The notes under the pieces: generated by a model | Seen by the model: the letters and a program-made list of their open reading frames with translations, nothing else | Told to the model about the DNA's origin: nothing | Database searches by the model: none | Program-made: the position numbers and the translations under genes | DNA from: Narcine bancroftii | Taxonomy: Eukaryota | Length of the DNA: 64,000 nucleotides | Reading direction: 5' to 3' | NCBI RefSeq assembly: GCF_036971445.1 | Contig: NC_091472.1 | Coordinates: 203,856,001 to 203,920,000 of the forward strand | Shown: positions 11,539-23,600 of the stretch, one piece after another | Numbering within the stretch: the stretch's first letter is position 1 | How the letters are laid out: each line of letters begins with the position of its first letter

Positions 11539-12712
11539 CACACATGTCAAACTCTGGCCCGCGGGCCAAATATGGCCCGCGATATAATTATATTTGGCCC
11601 GCAAGATCATTTAAAAAATGTATTAGAGGTGGCCCGCCCTGCAGCGAGAGCCGATGCTGTTTTTTGGTCATGTCACCCCCACCATCCTCCCCCTTCATTG
11701 CACATCCTTCCCCATTGTAACACGAGAAATTGTAACACGTGAAGTCTGTCAATGTCATCAGCCGGCAAGCCGGTTGGAAGGTTCCCCGCACAACCAGTCA
11801 CTTCTCCCACCTGTCGAGCGGTGCGGCGGATGGGCGAGCGCCTGTGATTTCCTGTCGGCGCGACGGGCACGGCAGGTTGCGCACAGCCCCCGGGCAGCGC
11901 GAGCCCCGCACGACTGGCATCGGACGGCCCTTCCATAGCGCGAGCGCACTTCTCCCGGTCGCCACGGCCTTCAGCGCTTGCACCCGCGCGGACCCCAGGG
12001 ACGGCTGGTTCGGCCCTGCACATGAAGAGAGAGATGGTGGCTGTCCGCAAAGGCTGATCGGCAGCGCGCTGGGCCTGAGTGGGTGGGTAAGCAGGGGTGG
12101 GCAGAGGGTGTAGGTGAGGAGTAATGGGCAGGGGAAGTTATGGTGGTGCGAGGGGCAGTTAGAGGGAGGGATGAGTAGAAGGAGGGGTGGATAGGGAAGA
12201 GGTAAAAGGGGAGGGGCAGGGCGAGTAGGGGAGGGGTGATTAGAGGGTGAGAGACGGGTAGAGGGAGGAACAGGTTGAGGGGAGGCAGTACAGGGGCGTG
12301 TATAGGATGGGGTGGGTAGAGGCAGAGCGAGTGGAGTGAGGGGTGAGTAGAGGTTGGATAAAGGACTGGTCAGGTAGAGGGATGGTGGGTCGAGGCCTAG
12401 AGCCTGAGGAGTGAGCAGGAAATGCTGAGTCCTGATGCAGGCCAAAATGGACACAGCCTGTGAATGCTGACTACATCTCCACAGGGACCAAATAGGTTTC
12501 CCTCAGGTCAAGCAAAGGGTGAACTTGAGCTACCTACTCCTGACCTGTAACATTATCCTCCTAAAGTTATATCCTAAAGTTTAACATTACATATGTTGAA
12601 AGAAGAGAAAACATGCAGATGTTGAAAATTTTCAATAAATATTTAGTTCGGCCCTCGACTTAGTCCAAGTTTTTAATTTTGGCCCTCCGTGAATTTGAGT
12701 TTGACACCCCTG
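11539..12712. mobile_element. Non-autonomous hAT DNA transposon
   Basis: TIRs CACACATGTCAAACTC / GAGTTTGACACCCCTG and a perfect 8-bp TSD ATCTAGAG (11531-11538, 12713-12720). GC- and purine-rich interior with no transposase. Confidence 0.85.
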
Positions 12713-12866
12713 ATCTAGAGCATTGAAAAAATAATGTAACTCCATTTTAATTATCTGCATATATATTTACAGGTTAGTCTGATAATACCTGATTATTGTA
12801 AATTTAGTTTTGAACCAAGAGTTCTTTTTTCCAAGAAACACCAAGTTCTCCAATATCTCCATAATA

Positions 12867-13581
12867 CAGTAAAACCCCAGGTATCTGGAATTCAAACAAC
12901 CAACAGATTCAAGCAACTGGCAAAAAAAAAGGAAAATAAATTTTAAATATTTAAATAGGAATAAAAAATTAGGTAAAAATATACGTTTAAGATTGTAAAA
13001 GTAATACTTCTCTGAAGTAATACATCAACCTTTGGTGAAGATGGGAACAAATATTCAGCCAGCAGTGAGCCTTGGTTGGGCTTTGCTCATAGCAGCTGTT
13101 TGAATAAAGTTGTGTGAAGCAGCAATGGTGTCACCCAGGATAAAGAGCTCTTTGATGCCACTCGTCATTGGGGTGTCGTCATTAAAGTGTCTCCTTGTCC
13201 CTGTTTAGTAAGAGTCGCCTCCAGTCAGAGGCTTCATCTGTAAACTTGGCGGGGGGTGTGAGAAGGGGGTTAATTATCTATGATGTTATTGTTCGTGTTT
13301 CAGGCAGCTCCATGGAGGGGGAGGAACCTGCAGATCCAGTGACAGTTAAGTGTTTTCCAAGAATGTGACTGAAAATAAAGTAAAATGCTTTAAGGTTTAC
13401 ATATTCATGCAAGTGAAATTTGTTCAGTGCATGTACAGTGTAGTATTTTTGTCTTTTAAACTGTTTATTTTAATGCAGGTGTATTAGTTAGCCATTGTTG
13501 GAGTAAGTCTCAAGCAACAGGAAAATACACTTATCTGCATCTTCCAATCCCCATAGGTACTGGATACCAGGGGTTTTACTG
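12867..13581. mobile_element. Non-autonomous Tc1/mariner (Tigger/pogo-like) element
   Basis: TIR CAGTAAAACCCC.GGTATC / GATACCAGGGGTTTTACTG, flanked by TA. Confidence 0.8.
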
Positions 13582-13984
13582 TAGTCCATTGCTGGTACTA
13601 AATTTAGTAAATATTTTCTGCATTCTGTCCCATAAATGCAATTGTCAAACATTGCAAGGTGTCAGGTGCTGTTTGTATGCAACTTCTTGAAGATAAAACC
13701 TCATTCATAACTTGGAGCAATAGGACAACTAACGGAATAGTTAGCCAGTTAAGATATCTCATTTTTAGAGTAATCTGCCTTCTCTTGATAGTTTTACTTA
13801 TCACATCCAAGGGACAATATTGAATGCACTGTTCGTTAGGTGATAAACAATGATGAATCACTGCTAGCCCACCAGCCTCCAAGCGACAACCATTGAAAGT
13901 GTTATGTAGTGAACTTCATTACCCTTTCCCCTTCAGTTTCCATTTCTGGATTTGAATGTATTAGTTAGTTATTCTGACCTTGTA

Positions 13985-14187
13985 CAGTAAAAAAAAACCT
14001 GGTATCCGGCACCTATTGGGATTGTTAGGTGCCGGATAAGTGAATGTTCCGGATGCTTGAGACTCATGGTGCGTGATTGGCAAACTAATGGGAAGGCACA
14101 CCAATTTTAAACTTCCATATTATTTATTTTCTGCATTTTCTTTTTGCTGGTTGCTTGAATTCCAGATAACAGGGGGGGATTTTACTG
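13985..14187. mobile_element. Tigger-like MITE (same family)
   Basis: TA|CAGTAAAA...TTTTACTG|TA, with subterminal sequence shared with 12867-13581. Confidence 0.75.
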
Positions 14188-14585
14188 TATTTAGGTTTTA
14201 TCCAGATTAATGCCCAATTGTAGAGTGATAAGAGATTTCCAGCATTGACTAAATGCTGATAGAAAAAGATGGCTTACTCAAGCCCAAAATGTCAGAAAAC
14301 TGGTTTACTATAAACTAAGATTATATACACAGAGCAAAAGTCACATTTGTAAACACCCAAAGATATTAGGCAGTGACCTGCAGCATCCGATTCCCAGTCA
14401 CTTCAGTCAACCATCAAGTTGTCCTTGAAAACAGCACACAAGAACGAAAGCCAGTAAGAGAGATAGTGCAAAGGATCCCATTCAAGAATTGGTTTTGTTT
14501 TAAAATACAGGGTGAAGCAGTCCTTTCCAGCTCCTCCATCTGTTCCACTTCCCCAAACGAGAAAGGCTGCTTTCCTGTCACAGTC

Positions 14586-14660
14586 CTAAGGCTTCCTTCC
14601 TTTCTTGCGTAAAGACTGTCCTTCTCCAGAGAAGGCAATAAACCGGGTGGTCCCAGAATC
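14586..14660 (-). CDS. UFD1: UFD1 exon 12 ([24 protein letters not shown])
   Basis: cgcag| acceptor, SHP-box-like [11 protein letters not shown] stop. Confidence 0.95.
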   Translation of the reverse strand, partial: DSGTTRFIAFSGEGQSLRKKGRKP

Positions 14661-17600
14661 CTGCGCCAACAGAAATGATCATAAAGATTAATTTAAAAAA
14701 ACTCAACCTGGCTTCGTATAATCAAAGCTGAGCATTTTCCAACATGAAACACTGCCCGAGATTGCCAAGTTGGTGTGTAAGCACTGACTGTTTCAAAGTC
14801 AGGTCATCTGCTGGAAGGAGTGAAGAGATTGTGAGATCCTACTTGTTCAATAAACTTAATTTAAATTGTATATTCTTAAATAATTAACAGAAACCAGTGA
14901 ACTCAGGAGTGTCCGTTCTTCTATTACATCAATAAAACTTAATAAAAATGATCTTTTGCTAACGCATTCCAAATAATTTAGAAATTTGATGCTCGTTGCA
15001 ATATGACAGCTTTTCATATTAATGGAACTTCAAGACTGTGCTGACGACTAGCATAGGTTGCAAGCTCTTTAAAAAAGGTTCCTGCAGATGCTGGAAATCT
15101 GAAACAAAAATAGAAAATGCTCAAATTCAAGCAGTGTCTGAGGAGAGAGGGAAAGAGCCAACATTTCAGGTCTTTGTTCTAGTTTCTCACTCCACAGATA
15201 CTGCTTAACCTGCTGAGTCATTGCAATATTTCTGTTCTCACCGAACCAAGTTAATGCTTCTTGGTGAATGAGCTGGTGAATATTTGTGTCAGATTTGAAT
15301 AGGTTGGATTATTTTAAACTGCGTAGACAACAAGGAGTCATTTTAATTCACCAAGAGGAGCGGGAAGGGTTAAAAACTGTAGAATTAACTCATCATTTTT
15401 ATTGTTAACCCAATCCAAATCTGTACACTTCTGGCATTAATGGAGGTGGGTGAGGGGCTTGACGGTTACTTCCCCCTCAGGGAAACGGCCAGGTTGCTTT
15501 CTGCCTCCATCTATATCTACATTCCAGGTTTATTCTGCCTCAAGAAATCCAGCAACTGAAAGGGGAGGCAAAAGGTAAATGCTTTTGAATATCTATTTCT
15601 GGTTTTGCCCACACTCTCCACTTACAAATATCACAGTGCATTTGAAGAGGTTTTAAACAGTGTCAGCAGAAGGTCATTTTAATCCCCTAGATATTTGATG
15701 GAGGTAATCTGCAGAGAAATCTGGATCAGATGGCAAAATGAACAGGTGGAGTTTAACGCAGACGGGTGTGAGGTGTGGCATTTTGGAAGGACAAACCAAG
15801 AAAGGACATACATGGTAAATGGTGGGGGACTGAATAGTGCGGTAGGACAGAGGGATCTGGGAATATAAATAAATAATTCCCTGAAAGTCACAGGTGGAGA
15901 GGGTTGTAAAGAGGCCTTCATAAATCAAATTGAGTACAGGAGTTGGGAAGTTATGGTAAAGTTATACAAGACATTGGTGAGGCCAAATTTGGAGTATTGT
16001 GTGCAGTTTTGGTCACCTAACTGCAGGAAACATATCAATAAGATAGAAAGAGTGCAGAGAAGATTTACTAGGATGTTGCCTGGACTTCAGGAACTGAGTT
16101 ACAGGGGAGATTTGATAGAGGTATTTAAAATTATGAGGGGGATAGACAGAGTGAATGTAGATAGGTTTTTACCACTGAAGTTACAAACCAGAGGACATGG
16201 GTTGAGTGAAAAGGGAAAACGTTAGGGGGAATATGAGGTGAACTTCTTCACACAGAGAGGGGTGGGGGTGTGGAACGAGCTGCCAGGAGAAGTGGTGAAT
16301 ACGGGCTCAATTTTAACATTTAAGAAGAATTTGGAATTTGGATGGGAGAGGTATGGAGGGCTATGGGCAGAGTGCAGGTCAGTGGCACTAGGGTAAAAAA
16401 TGTTTTGGCACAGATTAGAGGAGCCAAAGGGGGTGGTTCGATGGTTCTAGGTATAGAAAATTATGAGGGGAATAGATAGGAGTAAACACAAGTAGGAGTT
16501 TTCGACAGAGAGTAGATTAGAACAATGGTGATGGGGGAAATGTTTAGGGGGAACTTCTTCATGTAGTGTGGAGTGAGCTACCAGATGAAGTGGTGAATGC
16601 TGGCTCCATTTTGACATTTAAGAAAAATTTGGATAGATACTTGGATTGGGGAGAGGTAACAAGGGCTCTGGTCCTGGTGCAGGTCAATAGGACTGTGCAG
16701 ACTAACAGTTCGGCACTGACTAGACAGGCCAAGGACCTGTTTGTGTGCTTTAGTGTTCCATAGTTCTATGCTTCTAAGAGTTACAAAGGGGACGTAATCT
16801 GTTCACGTTCTCCTGCAATCAAACTTTCCACTCGTGATCCAACTAGTAACCCCAGATAATCTCCCACTGCAATCTAACCATTGAATATTTAACACCGCCC
16901 ATGCTGAAACCATCCAGCCTTCAGCGTGCCTGGCTGCAAGCATGAAAAGGTCTTGTGTATCTGAACACTTTTAAGTGACACATTCTACCCCAGTCACATT
17001 CTCTTATCCCATATCCTCCCATCAGGCAGACAATACTAGAGTTTGAAAATGCACGTCACTGGTTTCAAAGACTTCTTCCAGGCTGTAATCAGACTATTGA
17101 GTGTACCTCTCAGTACAATTCTCTGCCCTTCCTCTGTTTTAACCAAAGCATTCCTCTGCACCACTGTACTTCTCACTTTTATTTTGTTCTCGATGGGTCA
17201 ACATGCCTGTATCGCACGCATTGAAGTTTTTCACTCCACACATGGCAATAAACAATTTACTTGGCCAAAAATCTCACCATGAACCCTACAAAAAAACATT
17301 AACTATCCAATGGTTATGTGGCAACCTAAAGAAGAATTGCAAGAGCATATGGAGTCATATTGGAACGACGGACATGCAATAATTTTATTGAATGGGTGTG
17401 CAGATGGCCTCACCAATCTTTACTTCTGATGACGTCAATGGTATCATCACTGTATAAATGAGATATGGTCTTTTCAGGTATTATGGTGTCTTGTCGAGTC
17501 AGGTACAACATGGCAAGAATGAGACTCTACTCTGCCTCAAGATTCAGGGTACAGCTACATTTTAGATTCTTCTCCTTCCCGTTCTGTTCACTTGATACCC

Positions 17601-20600
17601 AGAGCACAGAGTTCACAATATTGAACAGCCGACTGAACTTTGCACGGAGGACCCAGAATCACAAGTTTCGATGGGCGGCACGGTTGACAGTGGTTAGCGC
17701 AATGCCTTTACAGTGCCAGTGATGGGGACCAGGATTCCTATCTGGCCTTGTCTGGAAAGAGTTTGTATGTTCATCCCACGTCTGCGTGGGTTTTCCCCAG
17801 AAGCTCCAGTTTCCTTCCACCGTTGGAAACGTACTGGTGGCGCAGATTAATTGGGATTAATCTCGTGGGCCAAAATGGCCTGTACCATGCTGCATGTCCA
17901 AATTTAAATGCATTGATTTTTAAGAAGGGAATAATAGAGATAAGCCAAGCTATGAGGGAACAACCCAATTCTGCACCTAACCCTGGAGTTCTCAAGATGG
18001 ATTATGAGCATCTGAAATGAAACATGTTCAAATTTCTCAGCAGCACCATTTCTCAGAGTCATTGCAAGTAGATCCTCTGGCCCAACTCATCCATGATGAC
18101 CAAGATGCTTACCTAAACTAGTCCCATTTGCCCGCGTTTGGCCCATCGCCCTCTAAAATGTTCCTATCCATATACCTGTCTAAACAGCTTTTAAACATTG
18201 CAAAGAGATTCACCTCAGCCACTTCCTCTGGCAGCTTGTCCCACACATCTACCACCCTATGTGAAAAAGGTGCCACTCAGATCCATTGGAAAAATCTTTC
18301 CCCCGTCACCTTGGATCTATGCTCACTAGTTTTAGATTCCTCTACTCTGGCCTCCTATGTTCCAGGGGAAAAGATCTCACCTATCCAGTCTCTCCTTACA
18401 ACTCAAGCCCAGGTTCTTCCATTCAGTCCTTGGGCTCCTGAATGAACTCCACAACAGTGCTCTCATGCTGCCCTTGCAATGTACTGAATTGATCTTTTCA
18501 CTGTAATTGTGCTCTTACTCTCCTGCTTTGTACAGCCGAATTCACATTAGAGTCGACTTGCCAGACTGCTTGTGGAAGAAGCCTTCTCACTGCACTAATT
18601 ATAATCCGACAATAAACTGAACATTGATTGTGAAGCCTTCCAATCCTGGGAACATCCTCGTGATTTCCCCCCCACCGCCCACCCACCCTTTCTAGATGAA
18701 TGGTATCCTTTATATAGTCAGGCAACCAGAATTGCACACAATATTCCAAAAATGGTCTCACCGATGTCTTGTACAGGCTCAGTTACAAATTTCTACGGAG
18801 ATAACAAGTGAAGCTACTTAGCCAAGGTCACCCAGCAGTTCCAGTCCCATCGTCACTATGGCAGTTCAGTTCGAGGTGGGGGGGGGGGCAGGGGTGGAGG
18901 GGAGAAATCAGGTGCAATATTTGACTGACATTAATTCAAAACCCAAGTCAGATTCCAGCATGAGCACCAAGGTTGATGCCAAGAGTGCATCATTTAAACA
19001 ACAAGATCTACCGCATTGCAAAACTTTTGGAGAACTACTTCAAACCCACACAGTAATGATTTACATCTGACATTCACTCACCTCTTCCATTTGTTTTGGC
19101 TGTGGCCTTGAATTCCTGATGAAGGTAATTTTTCCTATTTTGAACTCATAGTTTGGAATTCCTCTGTATGTGCAATGGCAAAAAGTTAGTCTGCAGTTAC
19201 AATGTCCTTGGAATTACAAACACACATCAACCTTTATAAGTTTTCATATATTTGGTGGTTTCAATTGCTATTTAATAGCTTGGACACTCTTTCAATATAA
19301 ATTATAAAAATTAAAATTAATAAAATAGCCTAAATGAAGAAACCAACCTCTCAAAAAGTGAGCACCCCTCAAAAGTCATAAACACCAACAAACTGCAGGG
19401 ACTCCCGTTCATAATCTTGGCTGAGAATTCAACACAGCAATTTCTTGGATGAGATACTAAACATCGAGCCGGCACTCCGGGCGGCGAGTGCAACCAAAGG
19501 CCAGTGGCCCGGGCAGCGGCACTGGCCCCAACAAGAGAACTGGCGGGTGAGCGGCAAGGGTGGCTTTAAGGCCAGCAACCCCCAAATGGCGCTGGCCTTG
19601 CTGCGCATCCAACAGACAGGGACGGCGCGCGGGGAAGAAGGACATTGTTATGCACAAAAGTACCCGCGCGCAGGAAACCCACTTCTGTTATGCATATTGT
19701 ACATGGCAATGGGGGCCAGGGCAGGTACAGTATAAAATTCAGGCCTGAGCCCTGATAAAACTCAGAGGGTAACCTGTCTGCACTACGTGTGTGTGTCTTC
19801 TTTCAAGTAGCAAAAGGAGCTACAACATCTTCTGAAGTGGGAAGTGGAAAGGTTCAATGACACTTTTGAGACTTGCAGTGGGGTTTTACTGGCATCCAGT
19901 ACAACTAGCAATGTCATTAATACAGGCTACGGGACTGTTCTGCCGATACTGGAAATACCAGAATTACTCCGCTCATCAAACAGAAACTCTCCCCGTTATA
20001 TGCCTAACACTGTCCACTTTAGTTTCACTAAAACAGGTTTGTTGGCAACTTACCAGACTTGAATACAAAAAGCTGCAATCATTCCATACATTACTGATAC
20101 TGTACTTTAAAAAGACCATTAGTTTACAGCGCAGGACATGAAAGATATTACCTAACATACAAGTTATGTTTATGTATCCCTATCATCTTTCAGCACACAA
20201 CGAACCTGCCATCATCATCATCCAGGTCGAGAGAAATATTAGGACTACACAGTGTGAAGATCAGATTGCTCTCATCTCAAATTCCTCAATCTTGAGTCAA
20301 CAATGACATCGGTGGTGATTCGGGAATGGGTTATCTGACGTCTCGGAATCATCTAACAGAGTAACGTGGGAGGGAAGAGTATCACAACATGCGTCTTGCC
20401 ACATTGCAGTGTTCTCTATTCTAGGAAGAAATTAGTTTTACTATTTTGTTCCAATTTGCTGACGCATTTTTAATTTTCTTCCTCACATCTGAACCCGCCC
20501 CAATTTTTTTTCATGCTCATTTGAAGATTAATGTCTAAAATTATATATAGTTTCAACCATGATTAACCAAGTGACACAGGGTGAAAATACACTAGTTTAA

Positions 20601-23600
20601 CAGCTGATCAAACATCTCATTACTGCTACTAAATGACTTCAGAGGATTTTTGACCATTCAACTGGTAAAACCATTTTTTTAACTTCAGTTTTGCTGGAAC
20701 CTGCCATGGTCCACATCTTGTACAATGAACAAATTTTCTCTAAGACATCTTTCCCCATGATTTTCTTGCCCCTCTCACTCCTTTTGTTGAAGTCACTGAT
20801 CACTCACCCAAATATGCTCATACAATGACAGAAAGAATGGAGAAAAGAATTGCAAGTGAAAGCTCATCTCAGTGGGTCTTTGGAGATGAGGTGGAACTCC
20901 AAGATGAAGAATGAAGACTGTAGCACATACAATCAAACCACAAAACACAGCCATCCATGGCACCGACATCCAGTTAGATTGTCGAGCTCCAGTACTCACC
21001 TTTTAATATCTTCTGGATTGATTTGTGCTGGACTGGGATCAACTCCTTTCTTCTTTCCATCTAGTCGGTTGCCAGCACCAGTAAATGGCTAAGAACACAA
21101 AAATCAAGGCAATAAGAGCCATTCAATAGGCTTGGGAGCTCCCAGCAAGTCCGATATCAGGTTTCAAAGGGTTGGAGTGGGATTCCAGAGAAACCAAGTG
21201 CTGTGTTTTACCCTCAAGTTTAAGTTATTTCACTTCAAATGCAACCATTCAGCAAGCGAGTTTAGTCAGCATGATATTGCAGCATTTAATAGCCTCCATG
21301 CTGTCAGGTTTTATTCAGGGTCAAGTTTGCAAATATTTCCAGTTAACAAACTGCTGGAAGAATTCAAGAGTCAAGCTGGTGGAAAAAAGAGACGTGTCAA
21401 TGTTTTGAGTCAGGTGAGTGGAGCTGTGCAGTGTATCTATTGCAAGGGGGAGGGGTAGGACAGGACTTGTTGGTGATAGGTGGAATCAGGTGAGGGAAGG
21501 AAAGGAGGGCAGATTGGAGAGGAGATGGGAGGGATGGAAAAGGTGAAGAAGGGGAGAGAGTACCCAAATGGGCTTGTGGGGCTGGGAAAGGAACACTGAG
21601 GCATAGTTTACCCAAAGCTAGGAAATTTAACTGTCTGTCACCTGGTTTAAGACTGGCTGTGGACAGGCAAGTCAGTGTGGGAAAGGGGAAGAGAGTGGAA
21701 ATTACATGCAACCAGCAGCTCAAGCTGGCCACTGCAAACACCTTGCTAGTGTTCTGAAGAAAGTGACAATATTTTCCAGCAACTTGTCTTTTGCATCTGA
21801 AGTCTCTTATTTCTCAGTGTCGAGGGATGCGGAAAATACAGGGAAGGCTGCATTCTTCAGCATTGTCCTGACAACACTTCCTGAACACACAAGCTCTCGT
21901 GGTGACAACAGTATTGGGTTCTACTTTGAAGGAGCAGCTACCTGTGCAGCTATTTACCCTGGCTTTGCTCCAAGCTTGCGTGAACTACTCTGGTGGTGGA
22001 GCTATGTTACAGCATACATAATTTAAGCTACTCATTCCAAACCTTTTAACGGAGGAAAGGTTGTTGCTGCTGCTGGAGAGGGTTAAAAGGTGGAGGACCA
22101 CCCTACCAATTCCCCACCCCCTTGTGGGAACATCTCGTAACAGTGATCATTTGTTCAAAAACTACAACCATCTTCCTTCTTATCATCATGTCTCCAGCCA
22201 CTCTTGTCCTCTCTTTGACCATAATGGACTTTAATGTTGCCAAGGTCTCTGTTGTGCTATAGTTGGCTTAAAACTCCTGGAAGCCAAGAGCAGCCACACT
22301 CAATGGCGACCTCAGCAAATTTAAGTAAAAGCCTCATTCTCTTTCTACCTCATGTGACACAAATATTTTTATGCAGTTGGGAGAAGTACAGAAGAATCCA
22401 AAACTTGACTGATCCACAGGGAAGGGGCGGGGGGGATATAGCTAAAAAAAGGTTGAGAAGGCTCATGTATAGGAAATATCTCGTCCCTCCATCCAGTCAC
22501 ATCAAGGTAACACAAGGCAGAGAATAGGGTTTGCTCAATGGCACAACTCCCTCTGTCAGTGTTCCAACAAGTGGGAGGCAGCTGAAGGCAATTAGTAGGT
22601 GGGCTACATTCTGTCCAATTTCATTTTTTGCAGATGCATCTGAAAGTTTTAGATAAAAGAAATTGTAACTTTATTTTGATATGCAAGAAACAATTTTGAA
22701 TCCAGGCACATAGAAAAGTCAGAAGGTAGCTGGCAAACCTTGTGTAAGGAAGAGACCATTTCAAAAGAAAGCTGACCACAGGCAGCACGGTTAGCACAAA
22801 CCTGTAACAGCGCCAGCAATCGGAGTTTGAATCCCGCGCCGTTTGTAAGGAGTTTGCACGTTCTCTCCGTGTCTGCGTAGGTTTTCCCTGGGAGCTCCAG
22901 TTTCCTCCCACCCTTCAGAACCGTACTGAGGGTGTAGGTTAATTGGGTGTCACGGGCTTGTGGGCCGAGAAGGCTTGTTACTGTGCTGTGTCTAAATTTA
23001 AATTTCCAATGGGTCTGAAGATATTAGAGAGTATACATGAATTGAGACTTTTCCCTGCTTGAGATGACAGATAATTTTATTCACATTAGTTAATTATCAA
23101 GGGCTTGCATATTTAATTACTCAAAAAAAAGAATTGGTGCATGTCATAAGCTTTGCACCAAATCTTGTGATACTCCTGAAGAAGGGCTCAGGCTGGAAAT
23201 GTCAACTGCCTTTTACTTTGTGAGGATACTGCATGTCCTGCCGAGTTTTTTCTTCATTGTTGATATTCTTCATGTTTTCAAAATGGATATTTTATGTAGC
23301 TGCAGGTCCAAGGTAATCTAATACTAAAAATATTTACTAATATCTATTTGTCATTTCTTTTTCTGGCTAGGGTACAGATGCTAGTCTTCTTCCAAAGATA
23401 GACATAACCATAGTTGTGGTGAACTGAGACTCATCTACGAGAGTGAACTAATGTATAATGTCCAGGAGTTTTGAATATTTTTAATTCAAAGATATATCAA
23501 TAGATAGATAGGTGCTTGTTAAGCAAGGAGGTGAAAGGCCATTTTATAAGTGGAAAATAGATAGGTAGGTGCTTGTTAAGCAAGGAGGTGAAAAGCCACT

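Noticed and set aside
11654-12454. Several long GC-rich or proline-rich ORFs (up to 218 aa)
   Set aside because: Low-complexity interior of a non-autonomous hAT element, with no recognisable domain.
22780-22840. tRNA gene
   Set aside because: The A/B-box-like head continues into a SINE body repeated many times in the window, and there is no cloverleaf.
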